A stretch of 64,000 nt of DNA from Lytechinus pictus (taxonomy: Eukaryota), in assembly GCF_037042905.1 (NCBI RefSeq), contig NC_087251.1, positions 44,268,001 through 44,332,000 of the forward strand, given 5' to 3'. Below, in pieces: positions 13,875 to 59,609 of the stretch; positions within the stretch are counted from its first letter, which is position 1, and the number at the start of each line of letters is the position of its first letter. A program made the position numbers and the translations under genes. The notes beneath the pieces were generated by a model. It was not told the origin of the DNA. It did no database searches and saw only the letters and a program-made list of their open reading frames with translations.

Positions 13875-13990
13875 CTCTAGAGTCTAAATTATCCCGTATT
13901 ACAAGAAATAAAAACAGCTTTTCGCATCCACCTCAGTTTGAATCTACCGCTTCTGGCAAATACGGCGGTGTCGCCGATACTTCCAATTAC
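13875..13990 (-). promoter_or_regulatory. Candidate first exon / TSS region of a minus-strand transcript
   Basis: Locally CpG-rich, GGAAGT (ETS-like) at ~13978-13984, strong GAG|GTGAGT donor at 13874. Confidence 0.35.
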
Positions 13991-14097
13991 AAAATGAAAA
14001 AAAAAAGACCTTAATTACTTTTATAAAAATATTATAATCTCAACAGTCAACTGTATCTTACTTTGATAATTTATACAAGTGCAAAATAAGAAATATT

Positions 14098-14174
14098 ATA
14101 TTTTTGGTTTGATAAGGATATTGTATTTTTGGTTTGATAAGGATATTGTATTTGTATTTTTGGTTTGATAAGGA
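14098..14174. repeat. Short tandem repeat, 3 copies of a ~25-bp unit
   Basis: tattttggtttgataaggatattg repeated. Confidence 0.85.
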
Positions 14175-16708
14175 ATGCTAAAATACCGATCAATGACAAA
14201 TACTAAATAGACTAAATTCGCAAATCTCATGCTATAATTGAGAATTGAAGCTTCTCAGTGCCGGTAAATTATATGCTTGACTAAGATTTCGCACACGTCA
14301 TGTAGTTTGTTCCTCATTTTTAAGAGCGAGGAAGATAGAGCTATATATTTTTGTTTAAAGATAAATATTATAAAGTAAGTGGTGTATGATATTAAATAGT
14401 AAGACTCCCCAAATTAGTTCCGCATGTTTATAAAGTTGAGGCATATATATATATACTTCCTAATTTTAAAGTGCTGTACAGCTTATGAAATGTTGTGTGA
14501 ACTCATATTCGTCTTTCCAGTTTAATTTGTCTTTATTTTGGAGAAAGCAAGGATTGGATAGAGCTCTATTGGTGCTTGGTTGATAATGATTTTTGTAAAT
14601 CCGTCAAACTGTAGTATTGCCAGTCAACAATCAGAAATAGTTCTACAGAGAGTAGTTTAAATACTACTAAGTAAAAGGTGTTTTTAAGTTTGAAACAGTT
14701 AAGATCAGGCAAACTAGTTCCACATAATGCTCTTTCACAGATATATTTAGCTAAACATATGAAATGTCATGTGAATCCCGGAATTTGAATTTGTTACATA
14801 ATTGAAGAGCGCTCGCTGAACTACATGGCAGTGGCAATTTTTCTAACGCATTTCCTTTAGCTCCGAACCGGACAGGTTTTAGAATTGTGTTATTTAGTAA
14901 TGGAAAACTTTCTTTGTATTTTTTATCATGGTTTATAATTTGGCATACGCCACTTTTCATCATTTTAGGCCAAGAATTTGTGTTTAAGTATAATATAGAC
15001 CCCACAATTATTTCTGCATGCGTACTGACATAATCATAATCAAAGCAGGATAGATATTTTTCCATCATTGTTACAATCAGCTCATAGGCCTATAAATTGC
15101 GGTGCGAACTTTTATTTGACTTTGAAGATTGGTCAACATTTTGAATTGAATAGCGCGAAAAAGGGAGCCCCATTGTTGATGCCGGGAACTTTGTAAAATA
15201 TTTGAATATCTTACAAACTAGTTCTGCATAACAAGCCAAAGCAAAGGCACTGCGCGGATCCATGATAACGAAAGGACCTTACTCCTCCCCACTGAAAAAA
15301 AAAGAAAATGAGAAGGGGAACGGAGAAGGGAAAGGGGGAAAGAAACGGAGCGGGGACTCAAAGAGAGAGAGAGAAATAGAAGGAAGAAACGGGAAAATTT
15401 AGGGAGAGGGGAAAGAAATGAACATATTTTTCAAAACCGAATCGGAAGATAAAAAGAAGAGAATGGACCTCGCCTAGCTTCGGCAGGTGCAGCAGATCCA
15501 GAACAGGGAATGGGGAGAGGAACTTTGCAGTAATGCCACTCCCTCATCCCGCTCCAGCAGGAAAAAAAGGGAAAGAGAGGACAAAAGAATGGAAGGGGGA
15601 ATAGTAAAAAAGGAAAGCGAACAATAATTGGCGGACATAGTGATTGTGTAATTGAAGATTATATGACTTGTTAAATTATTTTCACAAAACTTGTGAATCT
15701 AGAAGCCTACATAAAAAGCCCTTAACTCGATTCCTCGTGTACCAAAATGAATATATCAATAAAGGAGGATATATAGGCGGAACAAGGGGGTCGAGGCAGC
15801 CACGGCACCCTATTGGTGGCGTAAAAGAAAAAAAAAGAGGGGGGGGATTATGAAAAAAGAAGAAGAAAGAAAAATAATGAATAAAGAAAAGAAGGGTAAT
15901 AAAATAAATAAAATGAGAAAGAAACGTGTAGAAATTGAAAGGGGAAAGAGTTTGCTTTGTACACTCTATAAAATAAGTTTTATGAAAGGAATAATCTGGG
16001 GCTTCTCTTTTTCATGATATTTTGTCATCTCTCCTTTTTCACAGGATCAAATTTTTAATTATAATCAATCTTCTTACCCCATTCCAAACAAGGAACTCTT
16101 TAGAGGGGGGATGCCAGGTTGAAAATTGTAATATTTGAAGAGATAGAGTGAAATCAGACAATTAAGAAAGAACAAAAAATGCTAACAATTTCATCCAAAT
16201 TAGATGAGGGAGCTGATGTCATACCCTCGACCATATCCATGTTATTATTTTTTAAATTTATTCTATGGAGTATGTTTTTTTTTCTTCAAATTTTGACTTC
16301 CGAGGATATCAATATGATTGACGGACTACCTACCGATTAAGTATGCGATATAATCATTGCTAAAACATTTATTTTTTATGGGGGTGGGGGGGATACAGTA
16401 TGCTCATCTAGAGCACATTCATGCCGACAAGTAACTTATTTTTTAATTTTTTTTGCTGGTTAAATTATTTTGAACAAAAGAGCATCCTTTTTGAAAAATG
16501 CTGGTTCTGTCATTTTTCATAGATTAGCGCCCCATTAGAAAATCGTTCCAAAGGCCGTATAGGCCCTAAATACATGAGGGCGATGGGAAATCTTGACCCT
16601 CATGAATAATGACATATACTTTTACAGCACACTCGCTTAAATGTTGCACAAAAAATAGTCCTTGAAAGGGAAGACATAGCCACCAACATTTAGCAATTGC
16701 CCCAATGT

Positions 16709-16956
16709 GGGTCGTGTGGTCCAGTGGTTAAAATATTGGATTCATAATCGCAAGGCTGTGAGTTCGAATTCCCACTCTGCTATTGTCTCCACTTTGATAA
16801 AAAGGCCCGAGAGTAATATCTGTCGTCTATAAGGTCAGCCACTGTGACTGATTAACCTAGACGTAAAATGTTTTCTAGGTAATTGGTTATAAGGTCCATG
16901 GTTATAATTTTACCATCAAAGAACGCTGTCCTGCCGAGTTCCTACGCAATTTACCA
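16709..16956 (+). mobile_element. tRNA-derived SINE
   Basis: A-box TGGTCCAGTGG, B-box GTTCGAATTCC, body shared with 38565-38692. Confidence 0.75.
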
Positions 16957-18833
16957 TAAATGTGGGGCGGGGGGAGCCCCTCATGAATAAACCAAATTTC
17001 TTACCCCGCAATATAAAAATGGCAACTCCACACTCTCAATGAGGAATCAAAATTGTTTCACATGAGAAAAATAGAAATATTCCATATTTTATGAAGTATA
17101 ATAGTAAAAAAAGGGCAACACAATGTCATACTTTCTTAATTTACATCTAATTTGATGAAATCTTCAGCATAAGTCTTTGATCTGTCTCTTTTTATGCAAA
17201 TTCCAGTTGATTTTTTTAGGTGATTATGTCTGCTGTTATATAATAATGTGATGTGTTTTATAATGTGATGACAGTTTTGATATAGAAACCGTGCAGTTCT
17301 CAGGCATGGGTGTTGTAGATATTATCCTATGAAAGGCTGTGTAGCTTGGTGATATGTCAGATAAGCTCACTCTCAAAGCACCATCTTTTTATAAAGAAAT
17401 ACAAAATCATTCCTGCTAAAGGGCATTTTCTTTAAACATCTGTGCAATATAAATCTAACATAAAACAAATACCAACCAAGTTTAAATGTGTGCTTGGAAC
17501 CCCCCATCTAATAATTGCTTAGTTTTTAATCAAGATAACTTACATTTTGCTGTTCAAAACCCCGTGTTCCCTAGAACCTATGTATATGATGCGGTCAACC
17601 TACGATTGGTTATGCTTTGGCAGAAGTGGCTTTGGTATGTATTGCATCTGCAAATTTTATATGACACCCAAGTTATTTGGGCACTTGATATGCATCATGT
17701 TTAATATATATATTCAGGGGGTAATATGTCAGAAGTATACATATAATTTGCTATATATGATTTAAGAAGTATGTGTGCAATTATTGGCATGTATTCTGAA
17801 CTCTAGTTTAACTTAAACCATGGTCTAAATCTGGGGTAAAACTGTGGGAAGCTCAAAGTGCAACTTTGTTTACACTGCAATGCTTCTTGTGTTTACTTAG
17901 ATCGTTCACATTTATTTAATGAAGAAGAAAACTATTGTATTCATCATTTCAAAATAGATTGTAATGGTTTGAATGCCATATGCGATGACTAACTGATCAC
18001 CCGATTATAGAGCTAGATGTCACATTCGGCTTTCCATAGTTAAACCATAATTAAGACTTGGTTTATGTAAGACTAGATTTCAGAATACGTACCATTGTGT
18101 TTTTGTTACATTTTTTTGCAATAAATTGTGATTTCAAAGGCAATAAAGACATACAACACACAGTTTCTATACAACAATTATTTTATTAAAAGTTCCTTTA
18201 TAATGGGTGTTAAACTCCCACAGAAATGGAGGACACTTCATATTTGGTACAAAATAAATTTTCATTCAAAGTTATAGTGCCTGGTACTCCAAAAACAAAT
18301 ATTCATATTAAAACATTACCAGACAAGCTTTGCATTACACAAACATGATTTCATTAAAAAAAAAAAGATGATCACTGTATCACCAAGTTGTAGTATTAAA
18401 GATCCCCACTCTGGTAAACATCATTAAAAATACAGTACATTCAAACTAGTTGCTCGTAGTACAGTAGTTAAAGTCACAATCATGGGCTTCTGTTTCTTGT
18501 TAAGTCTTCCAATTTTCTCAGTCGTATTATCTGAACCAAACAACACATCAACAGTGTAGAAAGGCAAACCTTGAATGTTGACTCTCTTAAATTAGTTATT
18601 TATGCATAATGTATGCATACAATCAGGATTCTGAAATAAATGTCCAAACGTGATTTGGCCTTTTGTGTTACTGTGATGTCAAAATGAATGACTAAAACCA
18701 TGTTTTGTTTGGTTTAGTTTTTCTTTTAGGTCTGACATGCACTTACAAAATATTTTATTGGGGGGGGGGGGAGGGTGAAAATCTTTTGATCGAATGACCT
18801 GAAAGTGAACTTGTGCGAGATGTGGCTATTAAG

Positions 18834-19215
18834 TAAAGGGAGTATCCACACTGATGACAAGTTGGTTATAATAAAAGTAAAAAAATTGACAGAAAAGTAG
18901 TAAAATTTGAAAATCCATAAAACAAAAAGTTATTAACCTTTAAAGAATTTAATTAATTAAGTCATATGCAACCAGTCCTGTAGGTGTTTTATCCCATAAA
19001 CCATGATGAATCAAAATATTTTTCTTCTACGATGTGAATGACATTTTGCGGAATTTATATCACACATCACAAGGAGCTGCTCCTCTGTGACATCATAAAA
19101 TCATAACTCTGATATTCTTTAATGCATTTTCATCAAACCTTCACCAATATTTTTTTTCTTTTATTAAATCTGCTTTTATAAAATCCAATTTATCGTCAGG
19201 GTGAACTTCCCCTTT
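18834..19215. mobile_element. TTAA/AGG-type MITE (Kolobok- or piggyBac-like), with relatives at ~30581-31068, 35611-36220, 45441-45993, 46800-47218 and 57379-57774
   Basis: aggg...tcagggtgaacttccccttt termini, (T)TAA flanks, internal inverted structure. Confidence 0.6.
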
Positions 19216-19589
19216 GATAGTATGAATTGAATCACATTTAACTTTAACTATATAATAAGCATTATATTCAGGTATGGCTGACTAAAGCCTTAACCTAAAC
19301 ATTGACCTGGTGACGTAAAAAAATTAAATTATCCTCGCCTTCGCCATAGTTATGAATTATTTTCTTGCAATTTCACTATTCCAAAGTCACTAATGCTTTA
19401 TTTGATAAATCATGTGGTTTAACATGGAAATATTTTAATCATGTATTATCTTTTCCTCAAGCAAGGAATGGTAAAAAAGTTTCAAGATATCTGATCACTA
19501 AATTACGAAGAAAAATAAGATTACTGAGAGAGGGTACTAGATACCTAATGAATCGAAACCTAAATTTTCACAAAGAATAATAGGTGGAA

Positions 19590-20432
19590 AAACTAGAAAT
19601 ATCACTGAGGGTGATTTATACACCCACCCTTAAGCCAGTACCCTGGCAACATAGTTTCCAACACATTTGGAAAACGAATCTTACATGTCTTTACCCAAGA
19701 TAAATTTTGGTGCCAACTTTCATGAGCACTGTCCAAATGCTGGGGAAGTAGTTTGATCCGCAGTGGGTTTTCCTGGGCTTTTTGGCCATTATATGCAGTT
19801 ACCATGGCAACACAATTTCTTAAATATTCGAAAAAATGTGTTTTGCACATCTTTAACTCAAGACCTATGCATGTGCTAAATTGATGAGCGTAGGTCATAA
19901 AATGAATTAGTTCAATCTACAAGACGTTTACAAATTAATTGTTGTAGTATACCGTTACATGACCAATGTGTGTGCCAAATTTCATGAGAATTTGTCAAAA
20001 AATGAGGAAGTACAAGTTTGAACAATAACATTTTACCCGATTATTGACACAAAATACCATTACCACACAATTTCCGACACATGCAAAACTATGTCTTGCA
20101 CATCTTTACCACAAGATCAACTTGTGTGCCAAATTTCATGAGAACTGGTTAAGAATTTAGAAAGTAGTTTGAACCACAAGATTTTTTACCTAATTTTTGC
20201 CATAATTATATACTTTTACCAAGCCAACATGATTTCAGAAACAGACCACCCAAAAATGTGTCTTGCACATCTTTACGCCAAGATCTATGTGTGTGCCAAA
20301 TTTCATGAGAATTGGTTAAAAACTGAGGAAGAAGTTCAAACATGCAAAATTTGCAACGGACCACCCGCCTGACCATATTACGCCGATTCCTATACACCCC
20401 CTTCAAACTTTGTTCGGTGGTGGTATAAAAAA
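19590..20432. mobile_element. Helentron/HINE-like element with internal tgtgccaaatttcatgag repeats
   Basis: Starts aaaactagaaat, has internal tandem repeats, ends in a short hairpin then aaaaa. Confidence 0.45.
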
Positions 20433-20482
20433 GATTACATCGCCATTCCATTTTCTTTCAATACAATTGACATTCATTGCAC

Positions 20483-21129
20483 AGGGGCCGTATTCTGAAA
20501 ATTGTCTTGTATCTTCAGAGTTACGATAAAATTGGTATTCTGATAATTTTGTTATCTATTATGGTAACTTTCACTGAATGCTCATGATGTCAGAGTTAAA
20601 ATATGGTCAAAGCTAAAAAACGGCGCATAAATTGATGTGCGCAGGATGAAATATTGAAATAAATGGTATTCTGAAAATTCTCTAATCTTTTCATTTTATG
20701 TTAATATACAACAAAATTTACAACAGGTAGGGGTCTATTGTAACTTGATACTGAATGAGATTTTTCATTCGAGATGATGAATCTTTTCAAAGAAAATATG
20801 CCTGGGAGAACAGCCAGGTGTATTTTTAGCACAGAAGCACATTGCATAAGCAGCAGGGGCGTCAAGGAAACTGCACCTCATTTCAACAATGCGCTAGACA
20901 TTTTCATAAAAGAGACACTTCTATCGGTTGATCTCATCACATAAAGCATTTAACGACTGGCTGACCAAAGAAAAAAGGGTGTTTTCTGAGATAAATTATG
21001 AGACATCCTTACGGGAGATAGGACAATTTTCAGAATTCCGATTTGGAATAACATTAGCAAGCTGTTCTCTGGCTGAGATTACAGAACAGTTGTAAGAAAA
21101 GATAAGACAAACTTTCAGAATACCACCCC
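20483..21129. mobile_element. MITE with TIRs
   Basis: gtattctgaaaattgtcttgtatctt / aagataagacaaactttcagaatac. Confidence 0.7.
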
Positions 21130-23642
21130 AAGTGTGCACGATTTTGACAAACCCAACACCAAGAATAATGCAGTCAATACAAAGGTGTACATGTCTGTCC
21201 TTCACCCAGTATGATGTAAATGGAACAGGTTAACATGAAAAGAATGGATTACCGACTAGGTGAATGCTTCTCTCACCTGAACAAGAAATAAATGAATAAG
21301 CTATAATACTATAAAAACTTTCTGTCGAGAATCTTAACAATGCTTGTAAGACTTGACAATGTTTCATGCATTATCTCCAGAAGATGCAAGTTAATTTTTT
21401 TTTTACCAACTTACCAAAACTCTTGACAGGTATATAAGGGAGGTTCAATTAGGCCATAGTAGTGAGCGGTCTTGCAGGTAGGGCCAATATACGATGACAT
21501 TATGTAACAGATACCATTACATCCTCATACAGCCATGCCACAACACAAGACTATGCAGGAAGCCCAACTCTAACCTTTTCACTGTATAACTGTTATTTAA
21601 TAATTATCACGTTCTTTTTCGACAGTGGATGTGTGCTCTCAACTATCATGCTACGCTTATTTTCCGAGGTGAAAATGTATCACTTCTACATGTAAGAAAC
21701 TAGAGATCGGGATAGAAAAAATTTGGAGGGGGGTGTATTCACTCACAGCAGCCGCAACACAAGCTAATATTCCTCTTCACTGATCTTCATATTATCATTA
21801 CACCCTCGCCATGTAACAAAATCAATTCAAGAACCAAGTATTTGCTATTAGAAGCAGACAAGCAATGAAGTCAGAATTGGCAATTACAGGCCAGACGTAC
21901 GATTGGTTTTAGGACCCATGTTTGACTTTCAATTGATCGCAATTCCCTACTACAAGTATTCTTTAATCTCAATAGGAGTCTTGTCCAATTAGCAAGGTAA
22001 TATGATATGAAAGCCTTGATTTGATTCATTATTCACTATCCACTAGAATACTGATCTGTCAATTGATTTATACATCCCTAGATAAGATCCCTTTCCTTCA
22101 TACACTCCTAAAATGAACTCCAAGAAAGGTCAGCAATGTATTTAGCTTCACTGGTCCCAGTATTTGGAAAAGCCTCCTTATCAATATCCGTTCATGTTCT
22201 TCATTAAAAGTATTCCAAAATAAGTTAAAGACCTACATGCATCTGCTTTCTCAATAACATTAATATCCCCATTACATTTTTTTGTAAACACTTAGAGAGC
22301 AGAATTTACTTTTTGTCATATAATTGTAAAGCATTATATAAAAATATTAATGTATGCATGTATGTATGTATCCCATGTGACAAAATTATATTAGCTGCAG
22401 TAATGCATAAAGAATATGATAGGGCCTCACTCACTCACAGTGGACAATTTTTCATACTGGCAATGAGTTTACCTAAAAGGAACTTGCCAAGTTGTCCATC
22501 ATGAAATTAAATCACAATGAATGGATATAATCTGAAAATTTGAGATTTGCCAATGTCTCTTTTTTTGTTCTTTCACCCCATAAAGATTGCTGAAAAAATA
22601 ATTTCTGACTTTATTTTTAGTTTCTATGATATGACTTATTGCACTTTTGAACTTCTCGGCTCTTGCTTCATATATTTACTATTCATACATATTTAATAGT
22701 CAAAAGAAAAAAAGTGAATTGAGAAAATACATATTCATACCTTGTGACATGATGTTCCTGTTTGGTGAAATTGAAATGGGTTTGGGGAAAACATTCTTTA
22801 AATATTCATCGAATTTGTATCTGCACTTCCCAAACTTGAAAATACATGCTTCTTCCATGACCAGATCCTAAATATAACACTTATATCTTTCTTCATTATC
22901 TTTTATCTGGGAAGGATAATTGGATAGCCAGCCACTCTGTAAACATAACACCCTAAGGGATTAAAAAAAAAAACCTTCAGGGGGTTGAGGTTTAGATTTC
23001 TGATCAGCATCAGAAATGAACAAAATTGGCTGGTTTTCCCCTTCAAATTTATTTCACAAAATCTACTGCTTGGAAGAGAAGAAAAATAATAAGTCATGAC
23101 TGATTTGAACACTTTGTTTTTCCCTACTATACATAATAAATTATTCTGTTCATTCCAGCTTCATACGATATACAATCAATAAATGAATTTTGATATTTGA
23201 GTCTGATAGAATTAATTTTCATGGATGTAACTGTAACTGGGGTTTCACGCCAACCCTTCCTCGAAACTCAAACAGTTTGCATTGCTTTGCATTTCTTCTT
23301 CTGAAGACATTCCGCCCAGTATTGTCTTTAAGGGGAAAATAGTTTGATTATTTTAGACACGAGACAACATTTTTTTTGGTACATGATTCACACATTTCAA
23401 TGCATAGTCATTGGACAAGAGGTGATAATCAATTACAATAAAAGCAGGTTTCACGGGAGAGTTTCTCCTCTCTAGCCTTTGTTACGAATGACCCCGTCTG
23501 TCTTTGAGACGGAGGCACCAATGCTGAAGTCCGAGTACTGTTCTTGCCTTTGGGTCAACAATCTGCCACCGCATGTGTCAAACCATCTCCTCGACAAGTC
23601 TGATGAGTTGCTTGTTACAAACACACACACACCCCCATGCTG

Positions 23643-55236
<31,594 letters not shown>

Positions 55237-55585
55237 CTGGTTGAAGAGAAAAACAAGAGAAAAAACAAGTTGGCAGGTACATCTTGTTTACCCCATCAGA
55301 GTTTTCCACAATTAGTAGGCCTCTATAATCAGTCTGCAGCAGAAATGCATAGATCTGCAGCAGTTTGTAAGCTGACCTGGTTATAGTATATAGCACAAAT
55401 AAGTATAACTATTTTTCCTCCTGAAAAAAACATGAAGAGTCCATGCAAGCACATGTGATGAAGAACATCAATCGATCCCGGCTGCTCTAAAAATCATATT
55501 AGAATTGAAATCTCTTATTTAATCGTTAGTTGGTTAACCAGGCGGGTGTTTCATAAAGCTGTTCGTAAGTTAAGAGCGACTTTAA

Positions 55586-56168
55586 AGGAGAATGAAACCC
55601 TTGAAACCAGCTGAATCCATATCAAAGAGAAAAATCAAAGAAACATATTGTTGAAAGTTTGAGGAAGATTGAATGAATAATAAGAAAGTTATGAGCATTC
55701 GAATATTGAGATCACTAGTGCCATGTAGATCCTCCCAACGGCAATGCGACCAAGATCTGTGATATCACACACGTACAACTCCCTCATTACTTTAGTACTT
55801 ATTTCACTTATATTCTCACTTTTATAGAGTCTATCACAAGGTGAGGTGTTTTCTTTATGAGATGACAAGTACAGAGGTTTCACAACATTATATCATTGAT
55901 GAATCGTTTGTCATATGATTAGAATGAGCAAAAAGAGATGTTTTGGGGTATATTTTCAGTGTCCAAATGGGAGAGTTGTACGTGTGTGACATCACAGATC
56001 TTAGTCGCATTGCCAATGGGAGGATCTCCATAGCATTAGTGATCTCGACATTCAAATGCTCATAACTCTTTTATTGCTAGTCCTATTTTACTCAAAGTTT
56101 TGTTGATCTTATTCTTTGATTTTGCTGCTTTCACAAAAGCTAACTTGCTCCAAGAGTTTCATTCTCCT
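55586..56168 (-). mobile_element. Same MITE, copy B, inverted relative to copy A and nested in another MITE
   Basis: Reverse complement of 43995-44577, TTAA TSD at 55582-55585 and 56169-56172. Confidence 0.9.
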
Positions 56169-59100
56169 TTAAGAACAACTGGTGATCCTTTCTTGTAGTA
56201 AATGGTACACACCATTGCATGATTAGCGATGATTCAGCGCGCAAGAAAGGATCACCAGTCGCTCTTAACTTACGAACAACTTTATGAAACGGCCCCCTGG
56301 AAGTGCTCAGGCAACAAATACATGTAGTCAGTGATTGCCACTGACTAATCTGATCTGAGCCAATCAGATGCAAGGATTTCAGTAGCTTATAAACAATAAT
56401 CGGTGAAAATTACCAATTATTTGTTCCATGAAATCATCACCTGTCACTTGCATGAATCAACGTCATTGTCGTACAAATAATAATGATAACATCTTTCAAC
56501 AAGTCCTAAATTAGAATTGCATCTTTGAAGAAAAAACAACCATTTATTTACAGCTTTGAATTATTTCATACATGTTCATATACCCCCAAAACTTCATAAA
56601 TTCATGTGTCTGCTTTAAAAAAAAAATGCTTAATCATGTATATCATGCATGCATATTACATGGGACATCAGATTAGAAACTCAGACATCAAACTCAATTA
56701 ATATCAGAAATTAAGTCTTAATCATGGCTGAAAAGGGAATGGAATTAATCCCGACAGAGGAGAGAAGAATTAAAAATTCATGGACGTATCGGGACTGCTC
56801 GCGCAGACGTCATTTGGGGGTATATTTAGCAGGGACCTTTGAGTGCCATACAGACTGCAAGCAGCAGATTTGTTAATCATTTACAAATTTTGCAGCTAAA
56901 GATAGCATCAGAGTATCAGCTCTACGTATCAAGGGCTTTACTCTGACAGCAGTCACTGATTTCAAAACAAAAAAAAATATGAAAAATGAAAAATAGCAAG
57001 AAAACATGTGGATCTCGGAACACTTTTCGATACCAGGGACCTGCCTGTTTTGGAGAGATTACAGACTTGGTGCAGTCAATGTTTGCCAAAGAAACTCAAG
57101 CATTTCTTCTTTCTTTTTAGGGTGAAAGTATTGACTGGTTTCATAATATCCAAGTCATAATAATGTGATAGTTTATATGCTTTGAATTGCTTTCTACAAT
57201 TAGATATGAGGCCTAAAATACAAACTGAAAATGAAAATAAAAGTGAGCTAAGTATGTATTCATTGTTGCCATTCCAAGAATTTGAAATCTAATTTGGAGC
57301 AATATTTTTTATTCAATTTTTCAACAAGTTTAACGCCCAAATCAATCTCTACTGCATTTGACAATTCTCCATGGAGCATTAAAGGTATAAGACAGTAGTT
57401 GCAGCAAACAATTATTTCATGATAAAGTTTTTAAATCAAGTTTAATTGTCAAAATATTATCATACATCTAGATGTACATTAATGTAAACCTATCTTTGTA
57501 AAATCATGAAATCTTAGCTCAAAATCGATAATTCTGGTGATCACCAACACAGAAAAGCATACGTGGGACAGTGTATTAATATTGCTTTTAAAAATACCAA
57601 ATATATGATTGAATTTTGTGCTTATTTTGCTAAACTCTCAGCGATTACGCATTTTCTTCCAGAGCTAGTTGGCACATATTTTTTATTCATGCATAGTAAC
57701 ACTTTGGTGGTAATTTCATTGGATTCTGTTCAACTCATTTTGAGATTGTTACGACCACTCGCACTTATCTTTAACTTCAAGACCGAGAAATGTAGATGAG
57801 CTGTTATGATGAACAAGTCCCGTCTTCAGGTTTTATTCAAATTTCATAATGAACAATTTATGATTGGGTTAAAAATCTGTCAAAATCTGCAGTTTACAAA
57901 TTTTACATTTTGGTACATTTCTAAACAACACTTTAATATTGACCTGAAATGAACTATGCCATTGACTTCATGGCCTAGAAATGAAATCACATCCACATGA
58001 TAGATTCTGCTCATATAGTTTCATGGTCCTCATGGAAGAGGAAAACTAGCATTTTTCATATTCAGGGTAGTGTCTTTCAAGGTTTAACATAGGTTTATTG
58101 GTCTGGAACCCTGACTTGGTCACCTCAATTTTACACCACAGACACATATGCCATTCAAAATAATGTCATAGCTTTTATCATCTCCAGATTGTTTAGAGGC
58201 AGTTTCCTAAAACTTGCTATAATAGCAAACTTGCAAAAACAGTTAAAAGCTACTAAAATGATTCCAGTCTGATTGGCTGATAGTATATTTTCTATATAAA
58301 TTGTGTGTTTGTTCTTGTTACAATTCTTTGTGAAACAGGACCCTGATCCATATGAGCCAGGTCAGAAATAGCACAATAATTTGAAAAAAACTCTGGGTAG
58401 TAGAGACAGGTATAACCAGCCAGTCTACCAGGAATGTACAGTCATATTAATTTCAAAAGCCATATCTTCAGACAGGCATTGACTAGGCCTACCACTGCTC
58501 TTTCGGCTTTCTTCCTTTTCACACTCAATTTGCACCTTGATATGTCTTTTTATAGAAATGATTAACACCGATTTATCATAACTGATGAGTACACCTCAAG
58601 GTCGATATCATGATGATACCAGACCTGGATCAACCCCGGGTCTAATTTCATTACCAAAACCCAAGGATGCCTGCGATGCATGAGTATGGGATGGTGAAAG
58701 GGCTCTTTGGGATATCAAATGAAGCCCTCTCCCCCAGCCCCGGACATCTACATAGCCACGGCTAGTGACCCCTTCTGCATCATCCTCGCACCTCTGGACG
58801 AGAGCTGACATGATGTGTGGGGGCGGAATGAATGAACTCATCGTCCCAGTGATTCATCCAGCATGCACACATGCTCTCACTAGCTCCACGGAAAAGACAG
58901 TTCGAGCCACTACATAGAAGACCCCAATATAGCGATGATATCAGAGTTAAATAGAACACATCACGAGTCATACCATCCCTTTCCTGGAATATCTGGGCAA
59001 TTCAAAACTGGGCATCATCATACGATGACTAACTTCACATTTAAACTGCAAATAGAAATTTTGAGTCAAAGTGACCTTTCAATATCACTTGTTTATGATA

Positions 59101-59609
59101 ATAGCTTTTACATGTGCTTGCATGTAGAGAGCAAGCCGGACACGTTTATGTCTCGTCCATAAATTTCACAACCCGGATATGTCCTGAAAAGCAGAAATTT
59201 CCAAAAGCTGCCTGGGCATGATGTGACAAGTATTTATTTGGAGCCAGAAATACATGTGAAATACTGCGATTGGCAGAGGAATAAAAGCAAAGTTGTTCCC
59301 AAAACAACTATAAATTTGAATGATTTCTGGTCGAATCTAGCCAATTCCATCAGATTATCTGCGTTCATACACATGATTTGATTACAAGGGAGAAACTGCC
59401 CTTTTATGCCTAAAAATGTCAAGTTGTTCCCTTCCAAAATCTTAAAAAAAATATCAAACATGAGATGAATCAATAAATCACCAACTCTTGCTCTGTGCCA
59501 TTCATATTTACTTGCATAATGAGCAAATCATCTACAGTGAATTCCTGAATATGTTACACAATTCCTTTTTGCTAGTCAAGTCAATCTCACAGTGAAGATT
59601 TAATACCAT

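Noticed and set aside
14751-15068. 105-aa ORF
   Set aside because: No recognisable family or splice context, consistent with a chance ORF
16709-16782. tRNA gene
   Set aside because: A and B boxes are present, but the stems are degenerate and the sequence continues into a body repeated at 38.6 kb, so it is a SINE head
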